A stretch of DNA of 63,580 nucleotides, counting the filler. It is 8 parts of 8 records of this genome, joined end to end, with 100 filler letters (N's around TTAATTAATTAA, not from the genome) between each part and the next. Parts side by side here need not be neighbours in the genome. Positions count along the whole stretch, not along the records: positions 50,742 to 55,774 come from SRR31147125_28062; positions 55,875 to 63,580 come from SRR31147125_28085; 6 more parts are not named here. One strand, 5' to 3'. Numbering within the stretch: position 1 is the first letter of the stretch; every line of letters begins with the position of its first letter. Shown piece after piece: positions 51,553 to 60,546 of the stretch. The notes beneath the pieces are model-generated. The model was not told the origin of the DNA and ran no database searches. It was given only the letters and a program-made list of their open reading frames with translations. The position numbers and the translations under genes are program-made.

Positions 51553-53358
51553 TTAAATATAATATTTAGCATTGAAGAATTCATTAATCTTCTTTTCATC
51601 TTCCTGATTTATAATGTATTCCATTTCGTCGCTACTTGGCCTGTATATTCCAAAATTCTTTAAGTAATTTCGACTTAATGAATAATAACCGGAACCATAA
51701 GGTTTGCTTGTTTTCTTAATATATGACCAAAATAATTCTGTGCTCATTAATCTTTTGAGAAAAAGCAATTCTTCTATGTCGTCTGATATCACAGCCAATC
51801 CATTATGAAATAATAGATTTTCATCTCTACTTAATATAAAATTTGGAATTTTGTGAGAAATGTGAGGAAAGAATAATTTAATTGGTAATTTCTCTAAAGA
51901 CTGATTTCGTCCATATGCATACCAATTCTCATAAATCCCATTTCCTTTATCTCTTGTCGCCAGAAGTTCCCTCATACATCTTAGATACTGATATGTCTTT
52001 GGAAAACTCTTTTTTATGTTTTTTTCATCATAGAGTTTTACACTATTTCCATCATAAAAATATGGGAATATAACCTTTTGTTTAAGAGAATCTAGATTAT
52101 CATTCTCGATAAATTTATTGGGATTAACTATTTCCTTACAGATAGTCTTTTCGATTTCATATACGGTTTTATCATCCTTTAAATAATAGTAATATTCATT
52201 TTCATCAACTGGTGAAAATATATAGACTCTGTTTTTTAACGTAGCAATACCATTCCTTGTTTTATAGAGCTTTCCAAATGGGATACCCGTCGTTTCAATT
52301 TTTTTCACATAGTCTATGTCGTGGAGATTCCAGCCATTCTTTGAGTTTAAATCAGCATAATCGATTCTGCTATAAGGTATGGGGAGATTTAAATTTCCTT
52401 CCGAAGTTCTAACATATTGAATAAAGGGAGATTCTGTTTTTACTAGAAGACAAATGCATGTATATGTTGATTTGCTTGCAAATATTTGGTGATTACCAAA
52501 ATCTATAATTCTGAATTTTAATGATTCTGATTTCAAATATTGCCGAAGAGCACGCCCATTTACACTTTTAAAAAAACTATTCATAGTGATATACCCTAAA
52601 GAACCATTTGTTTTTAGATTCTCAAGTCCTATCTGAAAAAATGGGATATATAAATCCGGATGACCTGTTGAACATACATTCCATTTGTGCAAGTACCTTT
52701 TACTATCATCATCAATATTCCGTGAACAAACGTATGGTGGATTTCCTAAAATGATATCAAACTTGAACTTCCATTCAAAATTTAAAGCATTACCAACAAA
52801 CAAATTAAATTGAAAACTTTTATGTTCTTCTCCATTCATGATCGCAGCTAGGGTAAGAAGAATCTTTGTTCTCTCAATACTATACTCCTTGATATCTAGA
52901 CCATAGATGCTGTTTTTGTATATTTCATAAAAACTATTCCCAGATTTTTTCTTCAAAAATATCGCCGCATCTGCCAGGAAGCCACCGCATCCGCAAGCGA
53001 TATCTGCAATCCTTAACCTCCGTCCGGCATAATTCTGTTTAATAGTATCCTGTATTAAAAAAGAACGAATATGTGAAGGTGTATAAACCGCTCCATTGAT
53101 AACTTTATCTTCCGGAGAAATCACAAATTCAAAAAGCTCAATTAAATCTTCTAATTCAAAACCCTCCTGAAAATGTTTGTAGAAATTAATGAAATGGGAA
53201 TAGTCTTCATCTATTGACTGAATAAGATTAGACTTTATGAGTTCATTTTCTTTAATTCTGATTTTATTAATTTCGATAAAGGTTGATATTAGTAAGCGAT
53301 TAATCAGAACTATATCTGTTGTATATTTCTTTAAATATTGGAATATACTCTGTCTCAT
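51553..53358 (-). CDS. N6-adenine DNA methyltransferase, gamma class (TaqI/Eco57I-like) with C-terminal TRD
   Basis: GAVYTP (motif X), IADIACGCGGFL (I), IYGLDI, FDIILGNPPY (IV), DLYIPFF, WYAYGRNQ; ATG at 53358 overlaps the upstream TGA. Confidence 0.92.
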   Translation of the reverse strand: MRQSIFQYLKKYTTDIVLINRLLISTFIEINKIRIKENELIKSNLIQSIDEDYSHFINFYKHFQEGFELEDLIELFEFVISPEDKVINGAVYTPSHIRSFLIQDTIKQNYAGRRLRIADIACGCGGFLADAAIFLKKKSGNSFYEIYKNSIYGLDIKEYSIERTKILLTLAAIMNGEEHKSFQFNLFVGNALNFEWKFKFDIILGNPPYVCSRNIDDDSKRYLHKWNVCSTGHPDLYIPFFQIGLENLKTNGSLGYITMNSFFKSVNGRALRQYLKSESLKFRIIDFGNHQIFASKSTYTCICLLVKTESPFIQYVRTSEGNLNLPIPYSRIDYADLNSKNGWNLHDIDYVKKIETTGIPFGKLYKTRNGIATLKNRVYIFSPVDENEYYYYLKDDKTVYEIEKTICKEIVNPNKFIENDNLDSLKQKVIFPYFYDGNSVKLYDEKNIKKSFPKTYQYLRCMRELLATRDKGNGIYENWYAYGRNQSLEKLPIKLFFPHISHKIPNFILSRDENLLFHNGLAVISDDIEELLFLKRLMSTELFWSYIKKTSKPYGSGYYSLSRNYLKNFGIYRPSSDEMEYIINQEDEKKINEFFNAKYYI

Positions 53359-54119
53359 ATTGCCTTTAATTGTGGGAAAATTAGGTTTGGCGACCAATTA
53401 ATGGCACCTGGAGCAGACGCAGGCCATTGTGAAGCCAATGTATGTACAAAAGGTTTGACCAATGAACTATAATACTCCTGAAGAAGAGAATTGTAAGTGC
53501 TTTCCTTTAATAATTGATTCCAATAATCAGGGAAAAAATTTGATAAAACGAAATCAAAACCAATAATTAGATCTGTTGGATAAAACATCACTCTTGGGGC
53601 ATCTAAAAAGATAGTATGACCAATATTGGCATTATCGAAGTCCATCTTTTTTCCTCCAAAATGCAAATGATACATTGGATGTGGTTCTTCACTTTCACTA
53701 TCTAAATGACGATCAATATGATAACAAATATGATGAAGTTGGCTATCCGCATCATATCCTTTTACTGAAATATTGAATTCTAATTTTTTTAAGGGATCAT
53801 AAATTAATCCCCAATAATCACAGGAAGCGATGAAGTCTATTGATAAAAGTACACTTATTGGATTTAATCCCTTAGGTTGTATATGTTTAGGTGGTTCAAT
53901 GAGTGGAATCTCAAAATTATCTATGTTATATCCCCAATATGAATAATCGACTTCGTCCTCTTGTTTAACTTTTTTTGTCCTATTAAAATCCGTTAAATCT
54001 TTCGCAGCATCTCTTAATTTATAACTTGGTATTCCAATCTTATCAAAAAGTTCTGCAAGTTGAGTTAAATCTTGAGCTCGATCGATCCGAAACTTTTTCT
54101 GTTTGGTATTCAAACTCAT
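53355..54119 (-). CDS. Hypothetical protein with His-rich motif (YHIDRH..HPMYHLHFGG..PR..PxD)
   Basis: 254-aa ORF with ATGA overlaps at both ends. Confidence 0.85.
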   Translation of the reverse strand: MSLNTKQKKFRIDRAQDLTQLAELFDKIGIPSYKLRDAAKDLTDFNRTKKVKQEDEVDYSYWGYNIDNFEIPLIEPPKHIQPKGLNPISVLLSIDFIASCDYWGLIYDPLKKLEFNISVKGYDADSQLHHICYHIDRHLDSESEEPHPMYHLHFGGKKMDFDNANIGHTIFLDAPRVMFYPTDLIIGFDFVLSNFFPDYWNQLLKESTYNSLLQEYYSSLVKPFVHTLASQWPASAPGAINWSPNLIFPQLKAI

Positions 54120-55218
54120 TCTTGCAATGATTTTTTTATTATTTCAACTCTTTCTTTTTCAGATGGATGAAGCTTGATATTCCTATCTTCAAATCCCTCA
54201 CGTTCTAAAATGGCCTCGAGTGATATGTAATCATAATCTTGCCATGATTTAGGCTCTCTGGACATTACAATTTTAAATCCTTCACGTGGATCTAGCGGAC
54301 GATTATATCCTTTACAAATTGTCCAATAACGATAACTATTACATTTCTCTATTTTTTCAGCAAATTTGAAATCCTTATATTCAATTTTATCTTTAAGAAT
54401 TGTTACTCTTTCTCTTGCATCTAGAGCAGCCAAATTATTTCCAGTTAGCATTTTGAAAATCTCCAAAACTTCATTCATCCACCATCTATTCCAGCCCTCT
54501 AAAAATACACCTTTGTATTTGGCTCCTGAAAAAACATCGTTTTTTATATCATCCCATGAAGGAGATTCTTTAATATCAATTCCTAATCTAGCGGCCAGCA
54601 TCTCTTCATTAATTAAAGGTCATTGATGAACAACAGATCCTTTAAAATGACCTGTGCTATATTGTAATTAGGGAGTTGCTCGGCAACAAGTAAATGAGAA
54701 TATAATCTCGAATCAACATTAACCTCATTTGTATCTAGCATTTTGCCAAAACTGAGATCGGAGTTTGCAATGTTTTCATAGCCTAAAATTAGTGAATGAA
54801 TTTTTGCTGATTCTAAATTATAATCTTTACGGTCTTTATGAAACCGCATATCAAATAAGTCATGACTACTAATATCTCTCCGATATAAGTTATTAATCTT
54901 CTGTTGGGTAGAACATAGTATAATTGGAATATCAAGAGATTTTTCATCAATTGATTTTTCTCTTATGTTCTGGGCTAAGGTAGGAGCTTTAAATGAAACT
55001 CTTTTCCCTTGGGAATTTGCAGCCTCGTCAAGTTGTAAATCAAGAATTACAGCTTGTGCGTTTTCTTCTTGAATTTTTGAAATAATTATTTCAAGGTTAT
55101 CAACTTCACATAGCACTACAGACAAAAGGCCATTCGCTTCTAATGCGTCCTTTATAGCCTCTATTTGTGCTCGACCACCATTAATTTCATCGTCAATATA
55201 TAATACTTTTTTAGTCAT
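54116..55218 (-). CDS. Response-regulator receiver protein with long unknown C-terminal domain (apparent frameshift near 54620)
   Basis: KVLYIDDE, VILDLQL, IPIILCST; one extra G gives FINGPLINEEMLAARLGID, joining ORFs 54613-55248 and 54116-54601. Confidence 0.8.
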
Positions 55219-55774
55219 TATCTTCAAATTTATGCATTGGTACTTCAATCTTAATGGTTGTTGAAAAACCTTGCTCAGGTTCTTTTACATAAATGTCACC
55301 ACCATATCCTTCAACAATATCTTTCACTATTTTAAGGCCAAGGCCTGTTCCTGTCATTTCTTCAATTTCATCCGCATCTTTTCCAGAAGGCTTACTGGTT
55401 GTAAAGAACGGAACAAAAATTTTCTCATAGCTTGTTAAAGGAATTCCATCACCATTATCGGAAAACTCAAGAAAAATAGAATCATTCAATCTTCCAGCCT
55501 TAACAAAGATTTTACCATTTACGCCAGCTCTTTTAATTGCTTTTTTAGAATTTGAAAAGAAATTAAATAAAATAGAAGCCCATTCTGATTTATGCATAGG
55601 GCATGTAAATAAATCATACCCTTTGAATTGGTGTTCTACCAACTCAATTCCAGCCCTAGAGCAATTAGGTTCAACTACTTTGTAAAATGGTTTAACTACA
55701 TCTCGGATTTCGATAGGCTCTAACTCCCGATTTACATTTTCTGAAATTGCTTTATCAAAATAAGAAGTATAGGT
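55211..55774 (-). CDS. Histidine kinase HATPase_c C-terminal part (5' truncated)
   Basis: SILFNFFSNSKKA (N), FSDNGDGIP (G1), IFVPFFTT (F), GTGLGL (G2); frame open to contig edge. Confidence 0.88.
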   Translation of the reverse strand, partial: TYTSYFDKAISENVNRELEPIEIRDVVKPFYKVVEPNCSRAGIELVEHQFKGYDLFTCPMHKSEWASILFNFFSNSKKAIKRAGVNGKIFVKAGRLNDSIFLEFSDNGDGIPLTSYEKIFVPFFTTSKPSGKDADEIEEMTGTGLGLKIVKDIVEGYGGDIYVKEPEQGFSTTIKIEVPMHKFEDND

Positions 55775-55874
55775 NNNNNNNNNNNNNNNNNNNNNNNNNN
55801 NNNNNNNNNNNNNNNNNNTTAATTAATTAANNNNNNNNNNNNNNNNNNNNNNNNNNNNNNNNNNNNNNNNNNNN
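55775..55874. other. Artificial contig linker
   Basis: N-run with TTAATTAATTAA. Confidence 0.99.
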
Positions 55875-56780
55875 GCAATTTGGCAGATTATTCAGGCATC
55901 GGTTCGGGAGGCCTTAGGTAAATTTAATGTTGTTCCTTCAATCGATTTTGATCAGGCCGGGAGCATTGATATTCCTGTTGCGCTGAAGGATCATTCTGAG
56001 ATCAAGCCGCCTACTATTCAAATAGATCCAAGTTATAACCCATTTGAGGAAGAAAAGAGATTTTCAGGAAGTTCAGCTCCTTCTTTCCAAACTAAAGAAA
56101 AGACTTCGGCTGGGAATTGGGAAAAACTGTATAGTGACTTCGATCGTCAGCCTGATGAAATTCAAATTCAACCCAAAGAAGAGAATCTTGAAATTCAGCA
56201 TGAGCAGGAATCATATTCAGGAAAATCGTTTATTCAGTTTAAAAATAAATATATTCTAAGTCCGGTAAAGTCTGGTTTAATGGTGATTGATCAGAAACGG
56301 GCACATGAACGAATCTTGTTCGAGAATTTTATGGCAGTTATGGCAAGCAGTGAGATAGCTAGCCAGCAGCAGTTGTTCCCACAAACATTTGATTTGTCGG
56401 CTGCTGATGCAGAGCTGCTGCGTTCAATTTTAGAAGATTTAAAAGCTCTTGGTTTTGATATTCGTGATTTTGGAAACAATAGTTTCATTATTAATGGAAC
56501 TCCGGGCATGTTGGATACTTCATCTCCACTTGAAATTATTGAAGGGATGTTGGAAGATATGAAAAGTACTGCTGATGATCTAAAAGAAAAGGCCAAAGAA
56601 AAAGTTGCTGCATCATTGGCCAGAGCTTCGGCAATTGCGTATGGGTATGTCATGAAGCCGGAAGAAATGAACCAGATCATTGATCAGCTATTTGCCTGTT
56701 CAACTCCAAATTTTTCACCATCTGGCAAACAGGTGTTGACAATCATGCCGATTGAGCAATTTGAAAAACTTTTGAAGTGA
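55875..56780 (+). CDS. mutL: DNA mismatch repair endonuclease MutL, C-terminal part
   Basis: Open frame from contig edge (ALGKFNVVPSIDF...) into IDQKRAHERILFE, SQQQLFPQ, LFACSTPNFSPSGK. Confidence 0.9.
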   Translation, partial: AIWQIIQASVREALGKFNVVPSIDFDQAGSIDIPVALKDHSEIKPPTIQIDPSYNPFEEEKRFSGSSAPSFQTKEKTSAGNWEKLYSDFDRQPDEIQIQPKEENLEIQHEQESYSGKSFIQFKNKYILSPVKSGLMVIDQKRAHERILFENFMAVMASSEIASQQQLFPQTFDLSAADAELLRSILEDLKALGFDIRDFGNNSFIINGTPGMLDTSSPLEIIEGMLEDMKSTADDLKEKAKEKVAASLARASAIAYGYVMKPEEMNQIIDQLFACSTPNFSPSGKQVLTIMPIEQFEKLLK

Positions 56781-56862
56781 CAAGTTGTCTCCATATTTGT
56801 TTACTTTGTAGTGATATCAGTTTTGGCTTGGCTCTTGTAGCCTTCCTTTAAATTTTTCAGTT

Positions 56863-57603
56863 ATGCAGAATACACGACCCAATTTTGGTTCTATCCCGCC
56901 CGTGGTTAAAAACCTGATCATTATTAATGTGCTCATGCTTTTGGCAACATTCGTTTTGAGCATGAGAGGTATAGATCTGGCACGTATACTTGGTCTTCAT
57001 TATATTAGTTCCCCAAAGTTTGAACCTTATCAGTTGGTGACACACATCTTTATGCATGGAGGGTTTACTCACTTGTTGTTTAATATGTTTGCACTTTGGA
57101 TGTTTGGTCGGGTACTTGAAAGTGTTTGGGGACCGAAACGTTTTTTTATCTATTATTTTGTAACAGGACTAGGTGCTGCGGTTTTACACACATTTGTTAA
57201 TTTTCTGGAATACCAATCCCTAATTGCTAAAATGAGTCCTGAGCAGATTGACATTGTCATGCAGCAAGGTGTTGAGATATATAATCAAGGAAAGAATTAC
57301 TCCGACCCTTTAATGGGGAAATTAAATGCGTTAATTAATGTTCCAACAGTTGGCGCATCGGGTGCTGTTTTTGGTGTATTGCTCGGATTTGGAATGCTAT
57401 TCCCAAATACACAATTGATGTTACTTTTCCCTCCAATTCCGATTAAAGCTAAATATTTTGTAATTGGCTATGGGTTGATTGAATTGTATCTTGGTTTAAC
57501 CAGACCCGGCAGTAATATTGCTCACTTTGCCCACCTTGGAGGAATGCTTTTCGGATATTTATTGATAAAATACTGGAACAAGAACAGTCGAAAATTTTAT
57601 TGA
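56863..57603 (+). CDS. Rhomboid family intramembrane serine protease
   Basis: HIFMHGGFTHLLFNMFALW, VGASGAVFG, AHFAHLGG. Confidence 0.93.
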   Translation: MQNTRPNFGSIPPVVKNLIIINVLMLLATFVLSMRGIDLARILGLHYISSPKFEPYQLVTHIFMHGGFTHLLFNMFALWMFGRVLESVWGPKRFFIYYFVTGLGAAVLHTFVNFLEYQSLIAKMSPEQIDIVMQQGVEIYNQGKNYSDPLMGKLNALINVPTVGASGAVFGVLLGFGMLFPNTQLMLLFPPIPIKAKYFVIGYGLIELYLGLTRPGSNIAHFAHLGGMLFGYLLIKYWNKNSRKFY

Positions 57604-57605
57604 TC

Positions 57606-58481
57606 ATGGGAATTGCAGATGAGATAAAGGAATCCTTTAAAAAAGGTTCGGTATTAACGCGCTTGATTTACGTTAATTTAGCAGTGTTTCTGTTTATTCG
57701 TATCGTTAATGTATTTTTCTTCTTGCTGAATCAAGAGTTCTCGCTGCTTAACTGGTTGGCTCTTCCATCTGATTTTAGCCAACTTGCAAGCAAGCCATGG
57801 ACGCTGATTACCTACATGTTCCTGCATTTCAATTTTCTGCATATTCTTTTCAATTTGTTGTGGTTGTATTGGTTAGGTAAAATCTTCCTTTTTTATTTTG
57901 ATGAGCGAAAATTGTTAGGGGTATATTTGCTTGGAGGAATTAGTGGAGGAATCTTCTATTTAGTTGCGTATAACCTGTTTCCTGCATTTTCAGAGGTGCT
58001 AACTTTCTCGCAATTGCTTGGAGCATCGGCATCGGTAATTGCAATTGTTATTGCTGTCGCTATGTGGGCTCCAAATCATGCAATTAACCTTTTGTTTATT
58101 GGCTCGGTGAAAATGAAATACATTGCACTGGTTTCTGTATTTATGTATGTTATTGGTATTTCTTCGTCTAATGCGGGAGGAAATTTGGCACATATAGGTG
58201 GTGCTTTTTGGGGTGTGATTTATGTGTTACAGTTTCGTAAAGGCAAAGATCTGTCGAAAGGAATTAATAACTTGATTGATGCAATTGTGAAATTCTTCAA
58301 GCCAAAGCAGAAGATAAAAGTTAGTTATAAAGGCGGAAGTTCAAATGACATTGAATACAACCGCAATAAAAACCTGAATCAAGACGAAATTAATCAGGTG
58401 CTGGAAAAAATTAGTAAATCTGGTTACGATTCACTGACCAAGCAAGAAAAAGAACTGCTTTTCAAAATGGGAAAAAAGTAG
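57606..58481 (+). CDS. Rhomboid family intramembrane serine protease with C-terminal DUF6576-like tail
   Basis: TYMFLH..HILFNLLWL, LGASA, AHIGGA; C-terminal INQVLEKISKSGYDSLTKQEK. Confidence 0.92.
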   Translation: MGIADEIKESFKKGSVLTRLIYVNLAVFLFIRIVNVFFFLLNQEFSLLNWLALPSDFSQLASKPWTLITYMFLHFNFLHILFNLLWLYWLGKIFLFYFDERKLLGVYLLGGISGGIFYLVAYNLFPAFSEVLTFSQLLGASASVIAIVIAVAMWAPNHAINLLFIGSVKMKYIALVSVFMYVIGISSSNAGGNLAHIGGAFWGVIYVLQFRKGKDLSKGINNLIDAIVKFFKPKQKIKVSYKGGSSNDIEYNRNKNLNQDEINQVLEKISKSGYDSLTKQEKELLFKMGKK

Positions 58482-58517
58482 GCTTGTTTTAGGTGTTTAG
58501 TCACTTGACTTCAGTAT

Positions 58518-59444
58518 TTATTCTTCTATGGCCTGCTGGTGTGCTTCATTAATGCTCGCATTCAATTCAAAGCCAACAAGCAAAATTAGCGACATTAAAT
58601 AAAAAAGGAAAAGCACCACAAGTAATGTTCCAATAGATCCATACAATTTATTGTATTGCCCAAAGTTGGTAATGTAATAACCAAAACCAATAATGGTTGG
58701 TATACTAAGTGCTGTAGCAAGCGTTCCTCCTGCTGAAATAAAGCGCCAGCGTGTTTTCTTAGCGGGAGCAAAATAGTAGAAGAATGAGTATGTGAAAAAG
58801 AGCAAACTAATAATTACGATCCATTTACCGAAAGTTAGCAGATAGTAGGTAAAGTTATCTCTTAGCAGGTCATTCTCTGCCAAATAATTTATGGCAATTT
58901 GCCCGCCCGCAATCATAGCGATAGTAACGGTTAGGAGAATTGAAATAATAAAAAGTAGCATAACCGCAATTATTCGTTGTCCAATCCAGGTTCTGCGCTG
59001 AAAACTGTGCAATGAAGCATCGAAAGCACTCATCATGCTGGCTAATCCGTTGGTTGAGAATATAAGAGCCATGAAAAAACCAAGCGAAAGTAAGCCCCCA
59101 TGTTCTTCTGTTATAATTTCACGAATCGTTTTCTCAACGGTTGAAAATGCATTTTCAGGTAATACATTCTGGATTAGCAAAAAGAGTTCATCCTGAAAAT
59201 TGGTAATTGGAATGTATGGAATCAAAGTGAAAATGAAAATCAAAGCTGGGAACAGAGCCAAAAAAAAACTAAACGCAATTGCTGAGGCACGAGTCGTTAT
59301 TGATCCTTCGACAATACTTTTCCAAAAGAAAACAAGAACATCATATAGCGGAATCCCATCAAATCCAGGTAAGCTAATCCGTCTTGCCTTAAGCAAGATG
59401 CTCAAAAAAAAACGTTTAATTTTATGGGATCGTGGAGCGGACAT
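58518..59444 (-). CDS. YihY/virulence factor BrkB family membrane protein
   Basis: RASAIAFSFFLALFP, YNKLYGSIG, LLVGFELNAS. Confidence 0.9.
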   Translation of the reverse strand: MSAPRSHKIKRFFLSILLKARRISLPGFDGIPLYDVLVFFWKSIVEGSITTRASAIAFSFFLALFPALIFIFTLIPYIPITNFQDELFLLIQNVLPENAFSTVEKTIREIITEEHGGLLSLGFFMALIFSTNGLASMMSAFDASLHSFQRRTWIGQRIIAVMLLFIISILLTVTIAMIAGGQIAINYLAENDLLRDNFTYYLLTFGKWIVIISLLFFTYSFFYYFAPAKKTRWRFISAGGTLATALSIPTIIGFGYYITNFGQYNKLYGSIGTLLVVLFLFYLMSLILLVGFELNASINEAHQQAIEE

Positions 59445-59449
59445 TGAGC

Positions 59450-59842
59450 TTATTGTTTTTCAATACGCAGCTGGTGAATATATGATTTTTCGCCATTTTC
59501 CTTTAAAAGAAAATAGACCCTGAATACACCTTTATTGGTTGTTAAATTGCCAATCCCATAACGTGCACCCTCTTTCCCTCCATCATGAATAATGTCGAAT
59601 CGTTTTGTCGTGTGTTGTTTGAAAAAATCAGAAACTATCTGTTCTGCCTGAGCTTTGCTATAAACATCATCTTTATCAATAACCACCAATTCAATATTTT
59701 TATTGAAGAATTTTGAAAGTGATGAAGCATTTCCTGTTTTCAAACTAACAATTACATCTTCAGGTATTTGTGCAACTGAACTTAACCAAAATAACAGTGA
59801 TGCAAATATCAAAAGGACTGGTTTATAATTACTTATTTTCAT
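59450..59842 (-). CDS. DUF4783-family protein
   Basis: Signal peptide; SLKTGNA..LSKFF...IEL...YSKAQAEQIVSDFF..H.G...IGNL.T..G.FRV. Confidence 0.8.
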   Translation of the reverse strand: MKISNYKPVLLIFASLLFWLSSVAQIPEDVIVSLKTGNASSLSKFFNKNIELVVIDKDDVYSKAQAEQIVSDFFKQHTTKRFDIIHDGGKEGARYGIGNLTTNKGVFRVYFLLKENGEKSYIHQLRIEKQ

Positions 59843-60061
59843 AGATTTCAATTTTATAAAAGCATAATCGCATAAATTATGCCACATTATAAAGCGCTGA
59901 TGAACTAGAAATATAACTTTGTAAAGTTAATAAGAAATCCGAAAATCATTCAAAGTAGTTACAATCTCGAATAAATTGTCATACTTATTGACAATTGAAT
60001 TTCATTTGATTGGAAAAAACGGATATTTTGGCGAATTTTATCAAAGAACAATTAAGCAAAC

Positions 60062-60535
60062 ATGAAGATTAAATTCGTAGTTATTGGAAAAACTGATCAA
60101 TCTTATTTGAAGGAAGGAATTGAAATCTTCTTTAAGCGATTAAAACATTATATTCCATTTGAATATCAAATTATTCCTGACATTAAAAATACACGAAAGC
60201 TTTCCCAAGACCAGCAAAAACAAAAAGAAGGGGAGTTGATTCTTGCACAAATTAGACCTGGTGATGAGCTAATTTTGCTTGACGAGAAAGGAAAAGAACT
60301 ACGATCAGTAGATTTTGCACGGTTTTTGGAGAAGAAAATGCTTGGCGGATTAAAGAATCTTGTTTTTGCAGTTGGCGGGCCTTATGGTTTTTCACCAGAT
60401 GTTTACCAGGCTGCAACGGGAAAAATAAGTTTGTCGAAAATGACTTTTTCACACCAAATGGTTCGCTTGGTTTTTAGTGAGCAACTATATAGGGCTTTTA
60501 CAATTTTGAAGGGTGAGCCTTATCATCATGAATAA
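60062..60535 (+). CDS. rlmH: 23S rRNA (pseudouridine1915-N3)-methyltransferase
   Basis: LLDEKGK, GGPYGF, SLSKMTFSHQMVRL..EQLYRA.TI..GEPYHH. Confidence 0.95.
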   Translation: MKIKFVVIGKTDQSYLKEGIEIFFKRLKHYIPFEYQIIPDIKNTRKLSQDQQKQKEGELILAQIRPGDELILLDEKGKELRSVDFARFLEKKMLGGLKNLVFAVGGPYGFSPDVYQAATGKISLSKMTFSHQMVRLVFSEQLYRAFTILKGEPYHHE

Positions 60536-60546
60536 AGATAGTTTAG

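Noticed and set aside
6402-55874. Recurrent TTAATTAATTAA motif flanked by N runs (7 copies)
   Set aside because: Artificial 100-bp scaffold linker with stops in all frames. It is not a biological repeat, and adjacency across it is meaningless.
51553-56780. Apparent linkage of the MTase/kinase operon with mutL
   Set aside because: Separated by a contig linker; the two are on different contigs.
56863-58481. Tandem rhomboid proteases after mutL
   Set aside because: A common conserved Bacteroidota arrangement.
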